DNA of 62,952 nt, counting the filler, from Octopus bimaculoides (Eukaryota), in the NCBI RefSeq assembly GCF_001194135.2. It is 7 parts of 7 records of this genome, joined end to end, with 100 filler letters (N's around TTAATTAATTAA, not from the genome) between each part and the next. Parts side by side here need not be neighbours in the genome. Positions count along the whole stretch, not along the records: positions 35,218 to 53,808 come from NC_068995.1; positions 53,909 to 57,997 come from NC_069008.1; positions 58,098 to 61,482 come from NW_026435104.1; positions 61,583 to 62,952 come from NC_068994.1; 3 more parts are not named here. One strand, 5' to 3'. The stretch's first letter is position 1; every line of letters begins with the position of its first letter. Made by a program: the position numbers and the translations under genes. Below the pieces are notes generated by a model. The model was not told where the DNA came from. It ran no database searches and saw only the letters and a program-made list of their open reading frames with translations. Shown piece by piece: positions 51,867 to 61,609 of the stretch.

Positions 51867-53198
51867 GTATATATATATATATATATATATATATNNNNNN
51901 NNNNNNNNNNNNNNNNNNNNNNNNNNNNNNNNNNNNNNNNNNNNNNNNNNNNNNNNNNNNNNNNNNNNNNNNNNNNNNNNNNNNNNNNNNNNNNNNNNNN
52001 NNNNNNNNNNNNNNNNNNNNNNNNNNNNNNNNNNNNNNNNNNNNNNNNNNNNNNNNNNNNNNNNNNNNNNNNNNNNNNNNNNNNNNNNNNNNNNNNNNNN
52101 NNNNNNNNNNNNNNNNNNNNNNNNNNNNNNNNNNNNNNNNNNNNNNNNNNNNNNNNNNNNNNNNNNNNNNNNNNNNNNNNNNNNNNNNNNNNNNNNNNNN
52201 NNNNNNNNNNNNNNNNNNNNNNNNNNNNNNNNNNNNNNNNNNNNNNNNNNNNNNNNNNNNNNNNNNNNNNNNNNNNNNNNNNNNNNNNNNNNNNNNNNNN
52301 NNNNNNNNNNNNNNNNNNNNNNNNNNNNNNNNNNNNNNNNNNNNNNNNNNNNNNNNNNNNNNNNNNNNNNNNNNNNNNNNNNNNNNNNNNNNNNNNNNNN
52401 NNNNNNNNNNNNNNNNNNNNNNNNNNNNNNNNNNNNNNNNNNNNNNNNNNNNNNNNNNNNNNNNNNNNNNNNNNNNNNNNNNNNNNNNNNNNNNNNNNNN
52501 NNNNNNNNNNNNNNNNNNNNNNNNNNNNNNNNNNNNNNNNNNNNNNNNNNNNNNNNNNNNNNNNNNNNNNNNNNNNNNNNNNNNNNNNNNNNNNNNNNNN
52601 NNNNNNNNNNNNNNNNNNNNNNNNNNNNNNNNNNNNNNNNNNNNNNNNNNNNNNNNNNNNNNNNNNNNNNNNNNNNNNNNNNNNNNNNNNNNNNNNNNNN
52701 NNNNNNNNNNNNNNNNNNNNNNNNNNNNNNNNNNNNNNNNNNNNNNNNNNNNNNNNNNNNNNNNNNNNNNNNNNNNNNNNNNNNNNNNNNNNNNNNNNNN
52801 NNACATACACACACAAATAAGTACGTAAAGGGAACGTGGAAATGTGGCTCTAACGGAGAAATTCGATTAGTGAACGCCCCGCCACCATCACCACTGCTAT
52901 CCCCACCCAACACCACCACAACAACAACAGCAGCAACAACTGATGTAAGATGCCCAAGATTCCGCTGCTAATTGATCTTATTTGGCAGTTCCAGAATGGT
53001 ACACAGTTTCAAAAGTGTCTACTAGTGTACACACACGCCCACACACACACACGCACGCACACACACACAAACACATACATGCATGCATACATATGTGCGA
53101 ATATGAATATATAACACATGAATAGACTTACAAGTGAGAAATACGTTGAACTTACGCACTTAAACATATAAACACGCACACATACACACACTTAAAGT

Positions 53199-53244
<46 letters not shown>

Positions 53245-53599
53245 CAGAGAAACTCTAAAGAAACATGGAGTCAGACACAACACGTATATGCTTATGCATA
53301 CAGACGCATACACACAAGCACGTACACACATACACGCATGTACACACGCACATATATATATATGCATACACACACACACCACCTTGTGCATTCACGCTGG
53401 TGTGAATTGTAATTAAGCGGAAGAAAGCACACAACACTCTTAAGTAAAATGGAGTTATTTATTTAAAGCTGATTCTGTATCGACCATTACCCAGAGTTCC
53501 TCGTTCCCACTATTCAGGCGACTGCAGCTAAAAGCGCTGCTAGCGACTTACGCAAATTTTGTCTCTCAAAGTCCTTTTGGGAGGTGCAATGGCCCTCTC

Positions 53600-53699
53600 T
53601 AGATGCCGAATCGCTAAGCTACAGCAACGTAAACGTACCAACGTCGGTTGTCAGACGGTGATGGAGGACAAAACCAGACACACACGCACACACACACAC

Positions 53700-53750
<51 letters not shown>

Positions 53751-53808
53751 CGACAGGCTTCTTTCAGTTTCCGTCTACCAAATCCATTCACAGGGCTTTC
53801 GTTGGTCC
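53600..53808 (-). mobile_element. Composite SINE C+B, truncated by the spacer gap
   Basis: TGCCGAATCGCTAAG...(CA)n(TA)n...CGACAGGCTTCTTTCAGTTTCCGTCTACCAAATCC. Confidence 0.78.
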
Positions 53809-53908
53809 NNNNNNNNNNNNNNNNNNNNNNNNNNNNNNNNNNNNNNNNNNNNTTAATTAATTAANNNNNNNNNNNNNNNNNNNNNNNNNNNNNNNNNNNN
53901 NNNNNNNN

Positions 53909-54211
53909 GCGTGGAATTCAACATCTAAACGTTCCCGCTCTTTTCATTCTCTTTTCTCGCCGGCCGACGAAGAGGTAACACAGGTCCAACAGAGCTCTCT
54001 CACATGAGCGTGGTCGTATCAAGCTGTCTCTCCAACATTCCAACTCTGGGGACAGCTCACAACAACATTCCGGCGTCTCAGCAACCATGCCTGTTTTCCT
54101 CCATGAATAAATATTGTTGTGTTGATAGTTCAGAGTCAGCGTTCGTTGTTATTTAGAATTTAATATGGGAAAGCAGGTGTACACCTAATGGTGTATAACC
54201 ACTTTCCTATA
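53909..54211 (+). mobile_element. Related LTR copy, 5' end lost in the spacer gap
   Basis: Colinear with the reverse complement of 55519-55770 (CATTCTCTTTTCTCGCCGGCCGACGAAGAGG ... AATAAATATTGTTGTGTTGAT ... CACCTAATGGTGTATAACCACTTTCCTA). Confidence 0.8.
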
Positions 54212-54377
54212 GACGTACAAAGTAAGCAATCGACGAAGATAAACATTAAGGGCCGTTAGGCTACGACGAATTGTAATGCGTAACGCTATATAATTTAATT
54301 GTATCAAGGACCTATAATCCTTTAAGGGATGCTAGCATTCTAGTTCTCCTATACACACACACACACACACATATATA

Positions 54378-55053
54378 CTAGCTGGTGTACCCGGTAATTG
54401 ACGCGGGTAAAGATGTTCTATTGAAACGCCTCATTAGTCTGGTATAAGAAAGCAATTTCGTTAAAATTGCCACAAAAGGTGTATTTTCCATCACGAAAAC
54501 GTACAAAAACTGTCCGCTGGAGGAGGGAGAGATTGTTGGCGGCTGGCATGTTAGTTATTTGGAGAAGTTGAAAAAATGTCTATTAATGCAATGTGTAAAT
54601 TAATTACAGCAATATGTATATAACTGCTTAGATATTGAATTAGAATAGACGTTTATCAAAATATTGTATGAACTGTAAATAAGCAATAAATATTATGATT
54701 TGTAAAATAAGTATAACTGATACAGGGTGTCGCGAGTCAGTGTGGTGTGGAAGTTTGGTTTCATTTTTACAGAATTTTAAACATTCAAAGTACGAATTCA
54801 TTGTACTGGGACAAACTTATGAAATACGTTGTGGAATGAAAAATGTATGTACTATCATCGTAAAATTTGAACTTGAAAAATGCAGAATTATCGGAGTTAT
54901 GGGCATTCATAGTGTAATGAAATTTAATTGAAAACCCTGCATACATTGGCAGAATTTAGTTATTTGCAGATGTTGAAAAATGTCTATTAATGCAATGTGT
55001 AAATTAATTACTGCAATATGTATATAACTGTTTAGATATTGAATTAGAATAGA
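54378..55053 (-). mobile_element. Non-autonomous Helitron-like element with duplicated 5' segment
   Basis: Minus-strand 3' end TACCCG-cgtcaattac-CGGGTA-caccag-CTAG|T at 54378-54410. Candidate 5' A|TCTATTC at 55053. An ~85-bp segment occurs twice (about 54568-54651 and 54972-55054). Confidence 0.62.
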
Positions 55054-55518
55054 TGAAGAATAATTGTTTTATTTTGTAAATATGAAACATAATGAATCGG
55101 AGACTTCCTTGAGATCGTCGTTGTCGCATTAGAGCAGCTTGTGAAGTAAAAGCATCCAGTCGTACTCTGACTCGTTGTAGCATTTTAAAGGTGAACTTTA
55201 TGAAGGCTAATTTATTAAAGGTAATATATGAATGTAATATATATATGTATAGAAATATATGAATGTAGTGTTAGAAGAAAGTACAATAATAACGTTCACA
55301 CTCATTGGTGGTCGCTGTCAGTAACTGCGTTTAGCTTACGGAGTTCTTGTTTTCATAACTATCGAAAAGCAGCCAGAAGGATAGATATATTGTTGAGAAC
55401 AAATGATTTCGTTGGAGGTCTGTTATCTCCATTCCAGCCCCTGGTGGTCTAGAATAGGTTAGAAGGGTCAATTGGCAAAGACATTATTATTCTGCTTAGC
55501 GGGGGCATCTGGAAAATG

Positions 55519-55824
55519 TGTAGGAAAGTGGTTATACACCATTAGGTGTATACCCGCCTCCGTACATTAAATTCTGAAGAAACAACGAAACGCAGATTCT
55601 GAACCATCAACACAACAATATTTATTTACAGAGGAAATAGGCAGGTTTCTGAGACGCCTTCTGAATGATTTCCGTGGTTATTTGTGAAGCTCTGGTGCTG
55701 ACATGTGAGAGAGCTCTGTTGGACGTCTGACCTCTTCGTCGGCCGGCGAGAAAAGAGAATGAATAAGGGCGCCAAACTTGGATATTGATGACTACGCATG
55801 CGCATGAGACAAGGCGTTACTACA
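55519..55824 (-). mobile_element. Complete solo LTR (306 bp) with 4-bp TSD AATG
   Basis: Minus strand TGTAGTAACG ... CCTACA (TGTAG/CTACA inverted ends). AATG at 55515-55518 and 55825-55828. AATAAA on the minus strand; GCGCATGCGTAGT motif near the 5' end. Confidence 0.85.
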
Positions 55825-56454
55825 AATGTATAACTGCTGTCATTCATAGAAAGACTATTGTTTTACCGTGAAAAAAGCGCTGTTGAAGTGTTAAGTGAAA
55901 TTTGGCAACCGAGAATCGAACCCACTACAAATAATACGTTGTGGAAAAAAAAACAACATATCTACAGTCATGGAGAAAGAGTAACTGTAAAAATGCAGAA
56001 TTATCGGAGTAATGGGCATTCAAAAAAGTATGTATGTGTAGAAATGTATGGATGAAGAGATTCAAATTAAGGAAGTGCAATTGTAATGTTTAGCAGTTCA
56101 AAACTGTGAGTAGGGAAATGCAGAATTAGATCGGCTGATTGTTGGTCCAAAGTAATCGAACGTAAACAATGAAATGAGTTATTTCCCTTGGGTGTTTTAA
56201 AAAAATAGTTATATAAGGTATATATAAAGGTCCCTTCCAGGGGCCTTATTATCGATTTTTTTCAACAATCTAAGTATGTCATGAGGTTTCTAGACATGAG
56301 TTCTACTCACGTTTCAAGTTTCATCAAAATCAATAAAACAATGTAGGAGGAGTTAGCTAACAATGCCATAAACACACACCAATTTTCCACACACACACAC
56401 ACACATATGATGGTTTTTGGTAAGCAATGTCGATTTTTACATAATAATACTAAT

Positions 56455-56869
56455 TGTAGTGGCGCGAAATTATAGCCGCCATTGAGCAAGTACTATTCTG
56501 CGCATGCGCAGGGGACTTCCCCACCGGAAGCCCCTCGAGTGCGCATGCGTAGTAAAACTGGTACTAAAAGAGAGAGTTTCACTTTGTTGGGGAGTTGAGC
56601 CGAGACCTTCTACGTAACAACACCTCGCTCCTCCACGAAACACTTTTACACTGTTCTCTGGCAGGCATCAAGGAAGACCTTAACGATTACCAACTACAAA
56701 CCTAATCAGCGGCTGCTAATCTGAATGACAGGAATTGTATAACCAAGTATCATCATAAATAAACCTTTTTATTATGTTGTTAATTGTTCTGATGTCTCTT
56801 CATTCATAATGCTGTTGAAAGGTGATACAGACAGACTAAAGTCACTATCACTACTATCAAACTTTTACA
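56455..56869 (+). mobile_element. Complete solo LTR (415 bp) with 4-bp TSD TAAT
   Basis: TAAT|TGTAGTGGCG ... CTTTTACA|TAAT. AATAAA at 56758-56763. TGCGCATGCGCA at 56499-56510, TGCGCATGCGTA at 56540-56551, CCGGAAG at 56524-56530. Confidence 0.78.
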
Positions 56870-56880
56870 TAATAATAATT

Positions 56881-57066
56881 TATAAGCTTAAAGCGATCAC
56901 CGTATAATGACTAAAGAAAATAGTCTAATATTAAGGCATATAAGTCCTCGACGGAAAAATGTAGGAGTTTCCGTTCCATGCGTACAGAATCCCTACTTTT
57001 TTCGAGGGATTGTTTGCCCCAATATCAGACTATTTTCTTTGATCGCTTATAAGCGTTAAGCTTATA
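56881..57066. mobile_element. Fold-back MITE-like element (long imperfect inverted repeats)
   Basis: TATAAGCTTAA/TTAAGCTTATA ends, plus AAAGAAAATAGTCTAATATT/AATATCAGACTATTTTCTTT and CCTCGA..TGTAGGA/TCCCTAC..TCGAGG paired segments. Confidence 0.65.
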
Positions 57067-57069
57067 CAA

Positions 57070-57495
57070 TATTATTATCATTGAGTGAGAGAGCAGTGCA
57101 TGCCATCAAAGAGACACTGCGGTAAAATAAACGAAGCCCAATATACCCACCATGACTACCCGTTTGATAAGAGTATACAAGTCATATGCATCACAATGAT
57201 ATGTACATGACATAGTGATCTCACGTCAAGATAAATAGGGCATGACCTTACAGGTGGGGTCCAGTTAGAACTTTCTTCAGGTCGAGTAGCCCATCCCGCT
57301 CAAAAGTCCCCGAATAAGGGTTGTTTAAGAATGCTGAACGAAATGCTCATGTTTCCTAAGGTGAATTATTCAAATCGCAAAGAATTCCTCTCAACATATG
57401 GCTATGATGCTCCCCCACTACTTCTGCTCGTGATCAGAGATGCACATATCATCAACCACTAAGGGACATGCTCAACTGGTTAAGGCGAAACAATG
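57070..57495 (+). mobile_element. Interspersed repeat family E (partial reverse copy at about 32720-32912)
   Basis: 57355-57490 (GGTGAATTATTCAAA..CAAAGAATTCCTCTCAACA..TGGCTATGATGCTCCCCCA...AAGGGACATGCTCAACTGGTTAAGG) matches the reverse complement of about 32780-32910. Confidence 0.8.
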
Positions 57496-57584
57496 TACAT
57501 GATAACACTTTCAATCAGTTAAAATCAGAAGCCATGAGAACCAGTGCCTGGTACTGCATTAAGGCTATAATAATAATGATAATA

Positions 57585-57997
57585 ATAATCCACATAAAAA
57601 TACAAAACTGCACAATCACAACAGACATATTTTACAAAAAAAACCGATACACACCAATATTTAAACTTCTATTCTTGCCACCCATCACACATCAAAAGAA
57701 ACAGACCATACAGTATGGCCAGACGCATCTGTGCTATAGTAAGTGACCTTAAAACGTGTGAAACCAGACTCAACGAACTGAAAGGCTTCCTTACTATAGA
57801 AAAATACCCCTTAGGCCTAATTAATGAAGGAATTAAAAAGGCGATGGAACTGAATATAACCCAACTACGGACACCAAAGGAAAAAGTTAATGAAAACACG
57901 ATTCCGTTCATTAACACATACAGTCCTGGAATAACTAACATATTCCACGTCATAAAATCGAACCTGCCTATACTCCTTCAAAGCCCTAAGATGAAAA
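57585..57997 (+). mobile_element. Second PLE RT thumb fragment (Neptune/Naiad-like motifs), frameshifted and cut by a spacer gap
   Basis: TITTDIFYKK, frameshift in an A-run, then TDTHQYLNFYSCHPSHIKRNRPYSMARRICAIVSD...RLNELKGFL...KYP...IPFINTYSP. Matches the PLE thumb motif YxKxTDxxxYLxxxSxHP. Confidence 0.88.
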
Positions 57998-58097
57998 NNN
58001 NNNNNNNNNNNNNNNNNNNNNNNNNNNNNNNNNNNNNNNNNTTAATTAATTAANNNNNNNNNNNNNNNNNNNNNNNNNNNNNNNNNNNNNNNNNNNN

Positions 58098-58335
58098 GCT
58101 GGATGAAGTCTAACATGGGGCTTAACATCAAAGAAGGACATTAGATAACGTAGTCCAAGATACACTATGCCTGAATAAACGATGGGATGGTCGTAGTTGG
58201 AACGGCCTTGATCATTGATTTGCTGGATAAAGTCTAACATGGGGCTTAACAACAAAGGACACATTGAATAATGTAGTCCTAGATACACAATGCCTGAATA
58301 AACGATGGGGTAGTCATAACTGGAAGGACTGATCC
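58098..58335 (+). repeat. 124-bp tandem repeat, at least 2 units, abutting the spacer gap
   Basis: GCTGGAT(G/A)AAGTCTAACATGGGGCTTAACA...ATGCCTGAATAAACGATGGG starts at 58098 and 58222. Confidence 0.85.
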
Positions 58336-58866
58336 GCATGAATTTTTTCTTTCGTAATTTGTAGTCTGTTTCAATGTCATGATCTTACGTAACGAGGATA
58401 TTAAGGTCGCAGGATCGAACCACGCAACAACTTGTATGCATGAATGTATGTATGTATGTATGTACATACGTATGTGTGTGTGTGTGTATAGATGCGTGTA
58501 CATGTGTATAAATTCTTGTCTTAACGCCTTCTGTTTTCTCCTTCATAGTAGCACACACACACACACACATCTGTACACCCAACATATAGACAACATATAC
58601 ATCCATATACATACACACATATATACGCACGCACAGTTAAACACGTTTGGAGATTCTTTACTCTCTGCAATCTCACCATTATCAACTTTTATTACAATGT
58701 AGTCAGCTCCAGGAATCTCCATAAAAATGGTTCACAGATTTTACGTTCGTGTTTTGCGCCATACATACATATACATACGTATATACATACATATACACGT
58801 ACATACATACATATATATATATGTACAGATATATATATGTATATGTACATATATATATATACATAC

Positions 58867-58940
<74 letters not shown>

Positions 58941-59244
58941 TACAAATATGTACAATAAGAGAGACCAGGTTACGTGTATGTATCCACATCAATATATATG
59001 TACATGCTTACACACACAAATTTTATATATGTATATATACACGTGTGTATATATATATAACTATATAATTCTATATATGCTTATACGGGTAAACATACAC
59101 ACACAGACATANNNNNNNNNNNNNNNNNNNNNNNNNNNNNNNNNNNNNNNNNNNNNNNNNNNNNNNNNNNNNNNNNNNNNNNNNNNNNNNNNNNNNNNNN
59201 NNNNNNNNNNNNNNNNNNNNNNNNNNNNNNNNNNNNNNNNNNNN

Positions 59245-59280
<36 letters not shown>

Positions 59281-59764
59281 CACTCACTCACTTGCAAACA
59301 CGCATATTAACACATACACACACGTATAACGTATGCATAAGTATATATGCATATATACTACACATGCACACATATGTATATACTTATACACACATACCTA
59401 TATAAACGTATACACATACATATATATGTATGTATGGTTGTTAAAAATGTACAATCTGTTTCACTGATCAGAGTTCTTCACAGCTGCCTTGAGAAGTCTT
59501 TTAGTGCGAAACAAATGGTCCATTTGTAGGAACGAAATGCATATAAAAGCTTTATTGTACCCCGCTGGTATTTATGCGCGGAGTTCTGTAAAATTTGGCC
59601 TGATGTAATATACCCGTTCAAAACATGAGGCGAAAACATGATGATGATGATGACGATGCTGATGATGACGATGGTGATGATAATAATGATGATGACGATG
59701 ATGATGACGACGATGATAATGACGATGATTACGATGATGATGATGATAATTATGATGATGATAG

Positions 59765-59861
59765 CTTGCGTGGCACCCTGGGCGAGTGTATTCTACTACA
59801 ACTTCGGGCCGACCAAAGCCTTGAGTGGATTTGGTAGACGGAAACTGAAAGAAGCCCATCG

Positions 59862-59900
<39 letters not shown>

Positions 59901-60050
59901 ATATGTTTGTGTGTTTGTCTCCCCAACTTCGCTTGACAACCGATGCCGGTGTGTTTACGTCCCCGTGACTTAGCGGTTCAGCAAAACAGACCGATAGAAT
60001 AAGTACTAGGCTTACAAAGAATAAGTCCTGGGGTAGATTTGCTCTCCTAA
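59765..60050 (+). mobile_element. Composite SINE C+B
   Basis: GCGTGGCACCCTGGGCGAG...GGTAGACGGAAACTGAAAGAAGCCC, (TA)n(TG)n, GACAACCGATGCCGGTGTGTTTACGTCCCCGTGACTTAGCGG...GTCCTGGGG. Confidence 0.88.
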
Positions 60051-60083
60051 AGGGAGTCACATTCGATTGTAAAATCTCACAGT

Positions 60084-60243
60084 ACATTATTTACAATTGA
60101 CGGATATTTGTCCTCATCTTGTTTGTCGTTCCGATCCTCCAGCCTTCATCAGGTGTCTAAGGTATTTTTTCGATGTTATTATTATCGAACTCGGAATCTT
60201 GGAGTTAGTAGCCCGCGCTCTTAACCACTACGCCATATGCCCG
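60084..60243 (-). mobile_element. tRNA-headed SINE whose 3' part carries a degraded hammerhead-like core
   Basis: Minus strand: A box TGGCGTAGTGG (60235-60225), B box GAGTTCGAT (60193-60185), (AAT)n linker, then gacac-CTGATGAAGGCTggaggatc-GGAAC (60157-60128). Confidence 0.6.
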
Positions 60244-60269
60244 CTTATAAATCTAATATTCTCCCATCC

Positions 60270-60620
60270 TTCCTTAATACCGGTTCCCATGTGCTGTTCA
60301 TATCTGCACTCGATCTGCTTAGGAGCTTGTTGTGTCCTAGCATAACCATAGAACTTATATTCCTTGTTTTCGGTGACTCTTTCTTGTTTATGTTCGTACC
60401 GTTTCTGTGCTCTGTTCAGGCCGTACTTTTCACATAGCCTCCAGTGGACGAACTTAGCCATGTTATCTTGCTTCATTCTGTAGTACTTCTGGGTCAGCTT
60501 GCTACACTCACCCACAGCGTGTCACTTCTATATCGCTCACTTCTTGGGTCATCTTTTGACCTTCGTCTCTTTAGCCTGCAACCCTTGTTCCAGCTCTTCA
60601 AGAACAACATTCAGCTCCAC
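60270..60620 (-). mobile_element. Separate RLE-type (R4/Dong-like) LINE fragment
   Basis: ORF 60228-60515 reads GECSKLTQKYYRMKQDNMAKFVHWRLCEKYGLNRAQKRYEHKQERVTENKEYK, matching the knuckle end, RHD-like motif and VHWxLCxKY / WYEHxPExVxEN motifs. Confidence 0.85.
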
Positions 60621-60741
60621 TTTTTTCTTTACTCTATATTTCTCTGATATTTCTCCCCCCCTCTTCCATTCCCCATTTTCTTTCTTTCTTTCCAAGAGGT
60701 TCATATTCTTTCATTCTTCTTTTCCACCAAGGTTCTTTCCC

Positions 60742-60783
<42 letters not shown>

Positions 60784-60819
60784 GTTGACGATGTTATTAT
60801 TGTTGTTGTTATTATTATT

Positions 60820-60909
60820 CGGGACTTGAACTCAGGACGCCTTTAAGACGGACGAAGTGCCGCTAAGCATTTTGTCCGGCATGCTAACGATTCTGCCAGC
60901 TCGCTACCC

Positions 60910-60941
<32 letters not shown>

Positions 60942-61081
60942 GGTCTTTGGAAGCAAATAAAATATTATTATTATTATTATTAGGGTAGCGAGCTGGCAGA
61001 ATCGTTAGCATGCCGGACAAAATGCTTAGCGGCACTTCGTCCGTCTTAAAGGCGTCCTGAGTTCAAGTCCCGAATAATAAC

Positions 61082-61112
<31 letters not shown>

Positions 61113-61136
61113 TTTTATTTGCTTCCAAAGACCCAT
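60820..61136. repeat. Perfect inverted duplication of a SINE-A head plus flank (A-B-A'-B')
   Basis: 60820-60911 is the exact reverse complement of 60981-61072 (92 bp); 60939-60966 is the exact reverse complement of 61109-61136 (28 bp). Junctions lie in (AAT)n/(ATT)n. Confidence 0.92.
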
Positions 61137-61609
61137 ACAAACATACATGTACATATATATATATACATACGTACACACATGCAAATGCATGTGATGACGA
61201 TGGTGATGATGATGATGATGATAACGACGATGATGATGATGATGACAATGATGACGATATAGAGGTCTCCGTCATTGGCTCATACATACATATTAGACAC
61301 ACACACGTGACGTGATTTGAGCGAGATTTGGCTGCTAATTGCACCAGGTCTAACTAACATACCATTTAGAGCTCTCGCCTGTCGTCGTAGAGATGATGGC
61401 GGCGGGAGAAGCGGTAATGGTGGTGGTAGTGTTGGTATTGATGGTGGTGGTTGAGGTGGTAGTGGTGGTGATGGTTATGGTCNNNNNNNNNNNNNNNNNN
61501 NNNNNNNNNNNNNNNNNNNNNNNNNNTTAATTAATTAANNNNNNNNNNNNNNNNNNNNNNNNNNNNNNNNNNNNNNNNNNNNAGAATGTATATAACAAAA
61601 AAACAAATT

